A stretch of 64,000 bases of DNA from a candidate division WOR-3 bacterium (GTDB taxonomy: Bacteria > Hydrothermota > 32-111), in assembly GCA_037481815.1 (NCBI GenBank), contig JBBFKX010000001.1, positions 544,001 to 608,000 of the forward strand, read 5' to 3'. Of this stretch, positions 1 to 9,548 are shown piece by piece (within the stretch, counting starts at the first letter, position 1; the number at the start of each line of letters is the position of its first letter). A program made the translations under genes and the position numbers. The notes below the pieces were generated by a model. The model worked only from the letters and a program-made list of their open reading frames with translations. It did not search any database and was not told where the DNA came from.

Positions 1-51
1 GAAGAGGATCTTAAGCAGAAAAATATCGGTTTTAACAAAAACAACGGTTGA
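1..51 (+). CDS. possible 3' end of a CDS entering from the left edge (EEDLKQKNIGFNKNNG*)
   Basis: Frame +1 is open from base 1 to TGA at 49-51 and converges on comEC; too short to identify. Confidence 0.3.
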   Translation, partial: EEDLKQKNIGFNKNNG

Positions 52-1381
52 TTTTTAAAATCACATAAAGAAAAATTATTGAAGAAAAAATGAATGAGGA
101 TTTATACTTTTTGTAAAACAATGTGATTAAACTCAACTCCCAGAAAACAAAGATAAAAAGGTCAATCTGAAATTCATACATCAAAAACATTTTCTCAGAA
201 CAAGATACAACCTTTTCAATAAACTTAAAAATATAAATAACGGGGTATTCAAGAAAACCAAATAATGGCAAAAGTGAAATTAAAGATAAAGGTATAAAAA
301 ATGAAAAAGGAAGATAGAGCACTGTTGTGAAAATAGGTGACCCAATAGATATATATTTAAACTGATACATCATATAAGGTGTAGTCAAAATTAAAACCAC
401 AAAAGAAGTTAATAAAATTTTTAAAAGTCCTCCTTTTAGGTTTAAAACTTCGTTTGAAATATAGATACCATAAACAGCAAGGAAGGATAGAGAAAACCCA
501 TTATCTTTAAAATTACTATCGTTGAACACCAGCATAAAAATCAATGTTAAAAAAATTAAACTCTCTTTATCAACCCTTTTCTCCAGTAATTCTCCAAGAA
601 GAAAAATGGTTATAAAAATAACAGATCTCACGACTGGTGGATTATTGTATGTCAAAAAAGAGTAAAAGATAAGAACAAGTATCGATATGATCACTTTTAT
701 TTTTTTCTTGATCGGTAAAAAATAAAGGAGAAAAAAAAGAAAAGAATAAATTATCAAAACATGTTGACCACTTATGGCCAGAAGATGGATAACTCCAGAA
801 TTTATGAAATCTTTTTTCAAATGTGAATCGAGATCCTTTCGATAACCAAAGATAACTGAATTTATAAAACCTGAAATCTTAGTATCAAAATATTTTTCTT
901 TTACTCTGTTAACGAGAATCGTTCTTAATCTTTCAACCGACTTTTCACTTTTAACAGAATCTATCTGTAAAATTGTAGATTTAAAAAAAACATCATAAGT
1001 TTCAAGAAATTTTTCATCATCATTTTTAAAATCTATCTTTTCAATTTTGAATTTTCCATATATATTATCACCTTCAAGAAAATTCAGATCACTATTTAAA
1101 AAAATTTTCATACCTTCACTATCGGTTATATAACCGTATTTGAACCCTCTCTTCACAGAAAGTTCGAGTTCATAAAAACCTTCATTCAAATTAATATTTT
1201 CTTTTAAACCTAAAATATGACCTGATAAAAAAACTATCAACAACGATAATGAAAATAAAAATTTTTTTAGGGATAAAGTATAAAATATTAAAAATAATAC
1301 AGGAATGATCAAAAAATTGTTTGTGTTATAGAAATAACCAAAATATATCGAAAATATGTATAGAAAAAAATAGAAAGTCAT
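32..1381 (-). CDS. comEC: ComEC/Rec2 family competence membrane protein, short form without metallo-beta-lactamase domain
   Basis: Many TM segments; SGVIHLLAISGQH and PPVVRS motifs, GFSLSFLA; ATG at 1381 overlaps upstream TGA (TGATG). Confidence 0.88.
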   Translation of the reverse strand: MTFYFFLYIFSIYFGYFYNTNNFLIIPVLFLIFYTLSLKKFLFSLSLLIVFLSGHILGLKENINLNEGFYELELSVKRGFKYGYITDSEGMKIFLNSDLNFLEGDNIYGKFKIEKIDFKNDDEKFLETYDVFFKSTILQIDSVKSEKSVERLRTILVNRVKEKYFDTKISGFINSVIFGYRKDLDSHLKKDFINSGVIHLLAISGQHVLIIYSFLFFLLYFLPIKKKIKVIISILVLIFYSFLTYNNPPVVRSVIFITIFLLGELLEKRVDKESLIFLTLIFMLVFNDSNFKDNGFSLSFLAVYGIYISNEVLNLKGGLLKILLTSFVVLILTTPYMMYQFKYISIGSPIFTTVLYLPFSFFIPLSLISLLPLFGFLEYPVIYIFKFIEKVVSCSEKMFLMYEFQIDLFIFVFWELSLITLFYKKYKSSFIFSSIIFLYVILKINRCFC

Positions 1382-1746
1382 CAACTATAAAGAACAGGTG
1401 AGAGCTCTCCTGCAAGTCTTTTGATCTCATATCTTGCAAGCCCAACATTCTGTTCTTTTCCAGTTAAAGCGTAATAGATATAGTAATCCTTCCCTATCAT
1501 TCCTGTAACAATCGTCATTTTCCCAGTAATGAGTATTATTTCAGCCATCTCACCAGCACCTATCTCCTTCGAGATTTTTTCTGCTGTGATCGCAAGTGTT
1601 GCGAGCTCTGCATCGGCAAGAGATAGATCCGCCTGAGGATATTTCGTATAGGAAGCAAGCGCTATACCATCAGTCCCAACAAGTGAAACAGCTACACATC
1701 CAGTTATCTTTTCTCCACTATCTTTTAGAATCGAATCAAAATCCAT
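1381..1746 (-). CDS. Roadblock/LC7 (MglB-like) domain protein
   Basis: ~121 aa; AVSLVGTDGIALA and NVGLARYEIKR patterns; GGGAGG SD; TGATG overlap with upstream gene. Confidence 0.8.
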   Translation of the reverse strand: MDFDSILKDSGEKITGCVAVSLVGTDGIALASYTKYPQADLSLADAELATLAITAEKISKEIGAGEMAEIILITGKMTIVTGMIGKDYYIYYALTGKEQNVGLARYEIKRLAGELSPVLYS

Positions 1747-2408
1747 CACTTCCTCCCTAAAATTATATCGAGTAAACTTCTCTTCTTTTTAAAATATTTT
1801 TGTTTTATAAGAAAAGCCCTTTTACTTTTAGGGTTTAAGTTCAAAGCCAATTTAAAAAGTTCTTTCGCCTTTTCATCTTTACCCATTTCAAAATATGCTT
1901 CAACAAGATTTAAAATTATTTCCTGATCGGAAAAATTGGAAGAAGTCAAAGAACTGTCCATAAATTCTATGCCTTTCTTTTTATCGACTCCCGAAAAGAA
2001 TAAAGAATAACCATAAAGAGAAAAGAATTCATCAGATGGTTTCTTGTTTTTGTACTTATAATGCATTTCCAGCTTTTTAAATAGATCGATTGCTTCCTTG
2101 AATTTTTTTTCTTTAATTTTCTTTTTCGCTTTCAGATAATAATTTTCAAACTTTTCATCATTTTTCTTTTCCTCTAAATTTATCCCCTCTTTAAATTTTT
2201 TCAGTTTTTCATCATACTCTTCTCTTTTTTTATCATCAGACAGAACATCGTATGCTTCTGCGATATCTGCAAATATGTTCTCATCTTTGTTTCCCTCCTG
2301 AGCAAGTTTGTCAGGATGATATTTTTTTGCAAGAGCAAAATAAGCCTTCTTTATATCGGCTTTTGAAGCATTCTCAGGAACATTTAAAATTTCATAATAA
2401 TTTTTCAT
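1746..2408 (-). CDS. J-domain protein with C-terminal TPR-like repeats
   Basis: NYYEILNV...IKKAY...KYHPDK...EAYDVLSD J-domain with HPD; TPR-like [26 protein letters not shown]. Confidence 0.85.
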   Translation of the reverse strand: MKNYYEILNVPENASKADIKKAYFALAKKYHPDKLAQEGNKDENIFADIAEAYDVLSDDKKREEYDEKLKKFKEGINLEEKKNDEKFENYYLKAKKKIKEKKFKEAIDLFKKLEMHYKYKNKKPSDEFFSLYGYSLFFSGVDKKKGIEFMDSSLTSSNFSDQEIILNLVEAYFEMGKDEKAKELFKLALNLNPKSKRAFLIKQKYFKKKRSLLDIILGRK

Positions 2409-2415
2409 AAAAAAT

Positions 2416-2443
2416 ATTATATTGTTAAGAATTTTTAAGTCAA
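2416..2443 (-). promoter_or_regulatory. sigma70-type promoter for the dnaJ-roadblock-comEC operon
   Basis: TTGACT-16 nt-TATAAT on minus strand, then 7 nt to the ATG at 2408; no SD. Confidence 0.65.
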
Positions 2444-2450
2444 CAAAATG

Positions 2451-4517
2451 TTAAAAAATACCTAACTCGGTTTTGACCTTTGTGAGTTTTTCTTTCGGTA
2501 TCTCTTTGAATTGCAAAAACTCCATATTGAAAACACCTCTTCCCTGAGTTAAGGTTCTTAAATCGTTCATGTAACCGAACATTTCGGAAAGAGGAACTTC
2601 ACAATCTATCGTTGTCATTCCATTCCCTTTTGAAATACCTTTTATCGTAGCATATCTTGAATTTATATCGTTGATAACAACTCCGACAAACTCATCCGGA
2701 ACAAATATATCCACCTTCATTATCGGTTCAAGGAGATAGTTTGGAACCTTTTTTAAAGCATCTTTGAATGCCATTGAAGCTGCGAAATTAAACGATTGCT
2801 CGTTTGATGAATTGATATCATATTTTGCTTCAACAAGAATTACCTTTATGTTCACCACAGGAAATCCAGCTATTATTCCGCTTGAACTTGTTGATTTTAC
2901 TCCATCCTCAACAGCTTTGATGAATTCAAGAGGTAAGATGTCTTTAGAAACTCTTGATTCAAATGAGAAATAATCTTTTTCATTTTTCTCAATCAGTAAT
3001 TTAACATAGGCGAAAACTGTTTTCTGCCCTATAACCTTGTTTAACTCGTATTCACCTTCTGTTCTATCCTTTATCGTTTCACGATAGGTGACTATGGGTT
3101 TTCCGACTCTTGGATCCACATTGTATTCTCTTTTCAACCTATCAACAACTATTTCAAGATGTAATTCTCCCATTCCTGAGATCAACAGTTGTCCTGTATC
3201 TTTATTCATAAATACTTTGAATGTTGGATCCATTTCCTGCATATTCTTCAACGCTTCATTCAGTTTTTCTTCTTCATCCTTTCTTCTCGGTTCAACTGAA
3301 ATTGAAACTACAGGTTCAGGAAAGATCGGCTTTTCTAGTGCAATAGGATGTTTTGGATCTGATAGAGTTGATCCAGTGATTGAACTTTTCAATCCAACCA
3401 CACCGCAGATATCGCCAGCTTCACATTTTTCAACTTCTATCCTCTTATTGGAATGTATCATAAAGATCTTTGTGATCCTCACTTTCTCGTTAAAAGTTGT
3501 ATCCAGCACCTGATCTTTCAATTCAAGTTTTCCGGAATATACTCTCATATACCCAAGTTTCCCAAAATGCTTATCTATTTCAATTTTATATATTAAACCA
3601 CAGAATGGGTTTTTTTTGTCAAGATGTCTTAAAATCTCCTCTCCTGTTTTCGGGTTGATCCCTGCGATTGGAGGTCTGTCAAGAGGAGAAGGTAAAAAAT
3701 AACATATCGCATCGAGTAACATATGAACACATTTGTTCTTTTTAGAAGAACCTGCAAAAACCGGAACTATCTTACAACTTATTACTCCTTTTCTGATAGA
3801 ATTGATGATCTCTTGTTCAGTTATGTTTTTACCATCAACAACTTTTTCAAGAATCTCATTATCAAAGTTAGCCAACCTTTCTATCAACAATTCTCTTTCA
3901 TTTTGACTTTTTTCTTTCAAATCGGCAGGTATTTCTGTCACGATATATTTATGTTCATCAAGTGGGTCATTGTATAAATAAGCTTTCATTTCGATCAGAT
4001 CAACAACACCTACAAATTCTTCTTCTTTACCAATCGGGATCTGTAGTGGTAATATTTCTGAAGAAAACTTTTCTTTCATACTTTCAACAACTCTATAAAA
4101 ATCAGCACCACTTCTATCCATTTTGTTTATGTACGAGATCCTTGGAACATTATATCTATCAGCCTGTCTCCAGACAGTTTCAGATTGCGGTTCAACACCT
4201 TCAACACCACTGAAAATAACAAGAGCACCATCGAGAACTCTTAAAGACCTTTCAACTTCTGCAGTAAAATCGATGTGCCCTGGAGTATCTATGATATTTA
4301 TCCTGTAATCTTTCCAGTTAACAGATGTAACTGCGGATGTTATAGTTATTCCTCTCTCTTTTTCCTGTTCCATCCAATCCATCGTTGCAGTTGCATCATC
4401 AACTTCCCCAATCCTATGTATTTTACCTGTATAAAAAAGAATCCTTTCGGTAGTTGTTGTTTTACCTGCATCTATATGGGCTATGATTCCAATGTTTCTT
4501 ATAATGTTCTGTTCCAT
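2451..4517 (-). CDS. fusA: Elongation factor G family GTPase with divergent domain IV
   Basis: [23 protein letters not shown] and GMGELHLE motifs; follows rpsL-rpsG; likely ATG at 4517 (ORF track extends to a TTG at 4553). Confidence 0.93.
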   Translation of the reverse strand: MEQNIIRNIGIIAHIDAGKTTTTERILFYTGKIHRIGEVDDATATMDWMEQEKERGITITSAVTSVNWKDYRINIIDTPGHIDFTAEVERSLRVLDGALVIFSGVEGVEPQSETVWRQADRYNVPRISYINKMDRSGADFYRVVESMKEKFSSEILPLQIPIGKEEEFVGVVDLIEMKAYLYNDPLDEHKYIVTEIPADLKEKSQNERELLIERLANFDNEILEKVVDGKNITEQEIINSIRKGVISCKIVPVFAGSSKKNKCVHMLLDAICYFLPSPLDRPPIAGINPKTGEEILRHLDKKNPFCGLIYKIEIDKHFGKLGYMRVYSGKLELKDQVLDTTFNEKVRITKIFMIHSNKRIEVEKCEAGDICGVVGLKSSITGSTLSDPKHPIALEKPIFPEPVVSISVEPRRKDEEEKLNEALKNMQEMDPTFKVFMNKDTGQLLISGMGELHLEIVVDRLKREYNVDPRVGKPIVTYRETIKDRTEGEYELNKVIGQKTVFAYVKLLIEKNEKDYFSFESRVSKDILPLEFIKAVEDGVKSTSSSGIIAGFPVVNIKVILVEAKYDINSSNEQSFNFAASMAFKDALKKVPNYLLEPIMKVDIFVPDEFVGVVINDINSRYATIKGISKGNGMTTIDCEVPLSEMFGYMNDLRTLTQGRGVFNMEFLQFKEIPKEKLTKVKTELGIF

Positions 4518-4519
4518 AT

Positions 4520-4550
4520 AAAAAAAAAGCCCATTGTTGAATGGGCTTTT
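4520..4550 (-). terminator. intrinsic terminator after rpsG, directly before fusA
   Basis: Minus strand AAAA-GCCCATT-CAAC-AATGGGC-T9. Confidence 0.8.
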
Positions 4551-4565
4551 CAAAAATATAAAAAA

Positions 4566-5039
4566 TTAAAATCTGAAATGAGCGTAGGCCTTGTTCGCTT
4601 CTGCCATTCTATGAGTATCTTCACGTTTCTTCAAAGCTGCACTGTTCTCTTTCTTATAGCATGCTAAAAGTTCATTCGCCAGTTTTTCCGCCATGGAATG
4701 ATCGTTTCTTGCATGAGCAGCTTCAAGAATCCATCTTATCGCAAGAGCAAGTTTTCTTTCCGGTTTAACTTCCATCGGAACCTGATATGTGGCTCCACCG
4801 ATCCTTTTCGGTCTAACTTCGACAACAGGTTTAACGTTGTTTAAAGCTTTTTCAAAAACCTGATAACCATCTTCTCCTGTTTTTTTTGCAAGGATTTCTA
4901 AAGCATCATAAAAAATTTTAAGTGCTACAGATTTTTTTCCTTTTTTCATAATATTGTTGATGAATTTACCCGCAGTTAAACTCTTGTATCTTGGATCAGC
5001 ATACTCTCTCTTTGGCAGAACTCTAATTCTTCTTGGCAT
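4566..5039 (-). CDS. rpsG: 30S ribosomal protein S7
   Basis: MPRR...RIGGATYQVP...MAEANKAYAHFRF. Confidence 0.98.
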   Translation of the reverse strand: MPRRIRVLPKREYADPRYKSLTAGKFINNIMKKGKKSVALKIFYDALEILAKKTGEDGYQVFEKALNNVKPVVEVRPKRIGGATYQVPMEVKPERKLALAIRWILEAAHARNDHSMAEKLANELLACYKKENSAALKKREDTHRMAEANKAYAHFRF

Positions 5040-5054
5040 ATTTTAAAACCCCCT

Positions 5055-5435
5055 TTATGTTGTTTGTTTTGGTTTTTTTGCACCGTAAAGGGACCTTGAT
5101 CTTCTTCTATTTTCAACTCCAGCGGAATCGTAAACACCTCTTATAACATGGTATCTTACTCCAGGAAGATCTTTAACCCTTCCACCTCTTATCAAAACAA
5201 CAGAGTGTTCTTGAAGATTGTGACCTTCACCGGGAATATATGCTGTGACCTCATACCCATTTGATAATCTAACTCTTGCAACCTTTCTTAAAGCTGAGTT
5301 TGGTTTCTTAGGTTTGGTTGTGTAAACTCTTACACATATCCCTCTTTTCTGAGGTGCCGCTTTCAAAGCCGGTGATTTTGTCTTTTTGGTTACCTTTTTC
5401 CTTTTACTTCTTACAAGTTGATTAATTGTTGGCAT
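5055..5435 (-). CDS. rpsL: 30S ribosomal protein S12
   Basis: [31 protein letters not shown]. Confidence 0.99.
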   Translation of the reverse strand: MPTINQLVRSKRKKVTKKTKSPALKAAPQKRGICVRVYTTKPKKPNSALRKVARVRLSNGYEVTAYIPGEGHNLQEHSVVLIRGGRVKDLPGVRYHVIRGVYDSAGVENRRRSRSLYGAKKPKQTT

Positions 5436-5440
5436 ACAAT

Positions 5441-8400
5441 TTACTCCTCCGTTACAGATGTTTGTTGATAAAGTTCATTATCTGTAGAAATTTCTTCTAT
5501 ATCCTCTTCTTCAATTTTTCTAAATTTCCTGAAACCGGTTCCAGCAGGTAACAGGTTTCCAATTATAACATTCTCTTTTAAACCATTTAAATAATCTATG
5601 CTACCATTTATTGCTGCGTCTGTCAATACTCTTGTTGTTTCCTGGAAAGATGCAGCCGATATGAATGACTTCGCGTTCAAGGATGCTTTTGTGATACCCA
5701 TCAACAATCTTGTGTAAAGAGCAGGTCTTTCTCCCCTTTCTCTTACCCTTTCATTCTCAAGATCTACATCTTTCTTTTCAACTATTTCCCCCTGAATAAA
5801 ATCTGTTTCACCGGGATCGGTAATTTTCACATATTTTATCATCTGTCTGATAATAACTGAAATATGTTTGTTATCGATGTTAACTCCCTGTGCTCTGTAA
5901 ACTTCCTGTATCTGGTTCATCAAAAAGTTCGCAACATCACCGATATCTTTGATTCTCATCAGATCATGTGGATCAACAGATCCATCGCAGAGTTTATCAC
6001 CCGCTTTAACCTCTTCACCTTCATAAACGAGAATATGTTTACCTCTTGGAATCCTGTACTCTTTTTTACTTCCATTCGGTGTTATAACATAAACTATCTG
6101 CTCTCCTGTTCCCTTCTTTGTTTCTCCAATTTCAACTACTCCATCAACTTCTGAGATCACCGCTTTCTCTTTTGGTACCCTCGCATCAAACAGTTCTGTC
6201 ACTCTTGGAAGTCCACCGGTTATATCACTCGCTGTTGCCTTTGCTTTAGGAGTTTTCAATATTATAGTCCCGGGCTCAACTTTCATTCCATTTTTGACCA
6301 TTATGTATGAACCGACTTTCACCGAAACGCTTCTCAAAACATTGTTATTTGCTTTATCTATTATTTCAACTCGAGGATTCAAACTTTTATCCTTTGTTCC
6401 AATTACAACAAAGATCTCATCGTTACCAATTATTTCACTTCTAACATTGTACTCTTCTTTAATATCTTTAAATCTTACGATTCCAGAATAGTTCGCAAGT
6501 TCCACCGTTGAATAAGGATCCCTTGTGAAAAGTTCAGTATCCTTTGTTACCATCTGTCCATCTTTGACAAGAATATGTGAGGCAGGTGGAACACTAAGAT
6601 CGTATTTAACCTTGTTGTTTTCATCAAGTATCTGTATCTTTGCATCCTTACCAGCACTTATATCTTCACCTCTTTCATTTTTCAAAATCTTCAGATGAAC
6701 AAATTTTACTTTTCCTTCCTCTTTCGCTTTTATTGAGGTTTCTTCAGCCAATCCTCCAGCAGTTCCACCGATATGGAAGGTTTTCAATGTTAACTGTGTT
6801 CCCGGCTCTCCAATCGATTGTGCAGCCATGACTCCCACCGCTTCGCCGATCTCAACCAATCTTCCTGTTGCAAGATTTCTTCCATAACATTTCTGACAGA
6901 GTCCATGTTTCGCTTCACATGTTAGAACTGATCTTATCTTTATCTTTTCTATTCCTTCTTCGTCCAATCTTAATGCCTTTTCATGAGTGATCTCTTCATT
7001 CTCATGAACGATTATTCCCTTTTCAATATCCTTTCCATAAACATCTTCAAGTGAGAATCTTCCTTCAACAAGTTCGCTCAACTTTTTAACAACACCTTTT
7101 TCTCTTATAGGTGTTACCTCAATACCGAGTATCGTTCCACAGTCCTCTTCTGTGATAATAACATCCTGTGCAACATCGACAAGTTTCCTTGTGAGATAAC
7201 CTGCTTCAGCGGTCTTTAACGCTGTATCGGTTAAACCTTTTCTTGAACCGTGTGTTGAAATAAAGTATTCAACAACCTGTAATCCTTCTTTGAAGTTTGA
7301 TTTCACCGGAGTTTCAATAACCTCTTCACCGGTTAATTTTTTTTGTGGTCTCTGCATCAAACCTCTTATACCGATCAACTGTCTGACCTGTTCTATATTT
7401 CCTCTCGCTCCCGAACCAACGATCATATGTATCGGATTGAAACCATTTTTATCCTCTTTTAACCTTTTTTCAACGATCTTCTGAATGTCATCTGTTGCTT
7501 TTAACCAGGCACTCTTTACCCTTTCATATCTTTCCTTTTCAGTTGTTGTTCCACCTTTACTGTGTTCTTTGTTTATCCTATCAACCTCTCTCTGTGTTCT
7601 TTCGATTATCTCGTCCTTTTCTTTTGGAACGATCATATCATCGATTCCAAAAGTCAAACCTGAGATCGTTGAGAAATAGAATCCTTTTTCCTTTATGTTG
7701 TCAAGAAGTTCTATCATTTCCCTGTTGGAAACATTCCAGAAAGCGTTGTAAAGAAGTTGTTGTAATTTCTTCTTATCGACTGTGTCGTTTATAAATCTTA
7801 ACTTCTCAGGTAAAAAACTGTTAAATATTATTCTACCAACAGTGGTTTCCAATATCTGGTTTTTGTACACAAATTTCACAGGAGTATGAATTTTCAAAAT
7901 TTTATTTTCATAAAGATAGTATGCTTCATCAAAACTATCAAGAATCTTTTCCCCAACTTCTTTTTTCAATTCATCCTTTTTAGCAGTAAGATAGTACATC
8001 CCCACAACCATATCGTGTGTAGGAGTTACAATTGGACCACCATGCGCTGGTGACAAAAGATTGTTTGCAGAAAGCATTAAAAGTTGTGCTTCAATTCTTG
8101 CTTCATACGAAAGTGGAATATGAACAGCCATCTGATCACCATCGAAATCAGCGTTGAACGCGGTACAAACGAGAGGATGCAATCTTATCGCTTTACCTTC
8201 GATCAAGACCGGCTGGAACGCCTGAATGCCCAATCTGTGTAAAGTTGGGGCTCTGTTGAGAAGAACAGGATGATCTTCGATTATCTCTTCGAGAATTTTC
8301 CAGACCTCTTTTGATTCTGCATCTATGATCTTTTTAGCATTTTTTATTCCACTTGCTATTTTCCTTTCCTCAAGTTTTTGTATTATAAATGGCTTGAAAA

Positions 8401-9535
8401 GTTCAAGAGCCATCTCTTTTGGAAGTCCACATTGATAGATTTTCAATTCAGGGCCAACAACGATAACACTTCTTCCGGAATAGTCGACTCTCTTTCCTAA
8501 AAGATTCTGTCTGAATCTACCATTCTTACCTTTTAATGAATCTGTCAGAGATTTTAACGCTCTGTTTCCTCTACCTTTTATCGGTTTTCCTCTCTTTGTG
8601 TTATCTAAAAGTGCATCAACAGCTTCCTGTAACATCCTTTTTTCATTTTTCAAAATTATATCTGGAGCATTCGTCTGGATAAGATTTTTCAATCTATTGT
8701 TTCTTGAGATCACTCTTCTGTAAAGATCGTTAAGATCACTTGTCGCGAACCTTCCACCATCGAGAGCTACAAGGGGTCTCAGATCTGGTGGAATAACAGG
8801 TAATCTGAAAAGGATCATCCATTCTGGTTTATTTCCGGATTTTCTGAACGCTTCAACGAGTCGCAACCTTTTCAAAATCTTTTTCTTTTTATCTGAACTA
8901 TCACTTCCACTCTCGTTCCTTACCTGCATTCTCAACTCTAAAGAAAGTTCATCAAGATTTAAATCTTTCAAAAGTTCGTAAATCGCTTCAGCACCCATCA
9001 ACGCTTTAAAAGTATCTCCATACTCATCCAGAAGTTGCTGATATTTTTCTTCTGTTATCACATCACCTTTTGCAAGTCCAGTTTTTCCGGGATCTATTAT
9101 AGCATAAGCATTATAGTAAAGGATCTTTTCGAGATCCTGAGTTTTCATATTTAAAAGAATACCTATTCTACATGGAGTTGACTTATAAAACCATACATGC
9201 GCTATTGGAACAGCAAGTTCAATATGTCCCATCCTTTCCCTTCTGACTTTAGATAAGGTTACTTCAACTCCGCATCTTTCACAAACGATACCTCTATATC
9301 TTACATGTTTATATTTACCACAGTTACACTCATAGTCCTTTACAGGTCCAAATATCCTCTCACAGAAAAGCCCATCTCTTTCCGGTTTTTGAGTTCTATA
9401 ATTTATGGTTTCAGCTTTTAAAACTTCACCACTTGAAAGTTGTAGAATTTTTTCAGGTGATAAAAGTTTTAACTGTATATAATCAAAATCTATAGGTCTG
9501 AGGATTTTTTTCTGTTTGATTTTATCTTCAGCCAT
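5441..9535 (-). CDS. rpoC: RNA polymerase beta' subunit
   Basis: [11 protein letters not shown] catalytic motif, Zn fingers, SI3-type insertion in the trigger loop. Confidence 0.99.
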   Translation of the reverse strand: MAEDKIKQKKILRPIDFDYIQLKLLSPEKILQLSSGEVLKAETINYRTQKPERDGLFCERIFGPVKDYECNCGKYKHVRYRGIVCERCGVEVTLSKVRRERMGHIELAVPIAHVWFYKSTPCRIGILLNMKTQDLEKILYYNAYAIIDPGKTGLAKGDVITEEKYQQLLDEYGDTFKALMGAEAIYELLKDLNLDELSLELRMQVRNESGSDSSDKKKKILKRLRLVEAFRKSGNKPEWMILFRLPVIPPDLRPLVALDGGRFATSDLNDLYRRVISRNNRLKNLIQTNAPDIILKNEKRMLQEAVDALLDNTKRGKPIKGRGNRALKSLTDSLKGKNGRFRQNLLGKRVDYSGRSVIVVGPELKIYQCGLPKEMALELFKPFIIQKLEERKIASGIKNAKKIIDAESKEVWKILEEIIEDHPVLLNRAPTLHRLGIQAFQPVLIEGKAIRLHPLVCTAFNADFDGDQMAVHIPLSYEARIEAQLLMLSANNLLSPAHGGPIVTPTHDMVVGMYYLTAKKDELKKEVGEKILDSFDEAYYLYENKILKIHTPVKFVYKNQILETTVGRIIFNSFLPEKLRFINDTVDKKKLQQLLYNAFWNVSNREMIELLDNIKEKGFYFSTISGLTFGIDDMIVPKEKDEIIERTQREVDRINKEHSKGGTTTEKERYERVKSAWLKATDDIQKIVEKRLKEDKNGFNPIHMIVGSGARGNIEQVRQLIGIRGLMQRPQKKLTGEEVIETPVKSNFKEGLQVVEYFISTHGSRKGLTDTALKTAEAGYLTRKLVDVAQDVIITEEDCGTILGIEVTPIREKGVVKKLSELVEGRFSLEDVYGKDIEKGIIVHENEEITHEKALRLDEEGIEKIKIRSVLTCEAKHGLCQKCYGRNLATGRLVEIGEAVGVMAAQSIGEPGTQLTLKTFHIGGTAGGLAEETSIKAKEEGKVKFVHLKILKNERGEDISAGKDAKIQILDENNKVKYDLSVPPASHILVKDGQMVTKDTELFTRDPYSTVELANYSGIVRFKDIKEEYNVRSEIIGNDEIFVVIGTKDKSLNPRVEIIDKANNNVLRSVSVKVGSYIMVKNGMKVEPGTIILKTPKAKATASDITGGLPRVTELFDARVPKEKAVISEVDGVVEIGETKKGTGEQIVYVITPNGSKKEYRIPRGKHILVYEGEEVKAGDKLCDGSVDPHDLMRIKDIGDVANFLMNQIQEVYRAQGVNIDNKHISVIIRQMIKYVKITDPGETDFIQGEIVEKKDVDLENERVRERGERPALYTRLLMGITKASLNAKSFISAASFQETTRVLTDAAINGSIDYLNGLKENVIIGNLLPAGTGFRKFRKIEEEDIEEISTDNELYQQTSVTEE

Positions 9536-9548
9536 TTTTTTCTCCTTT

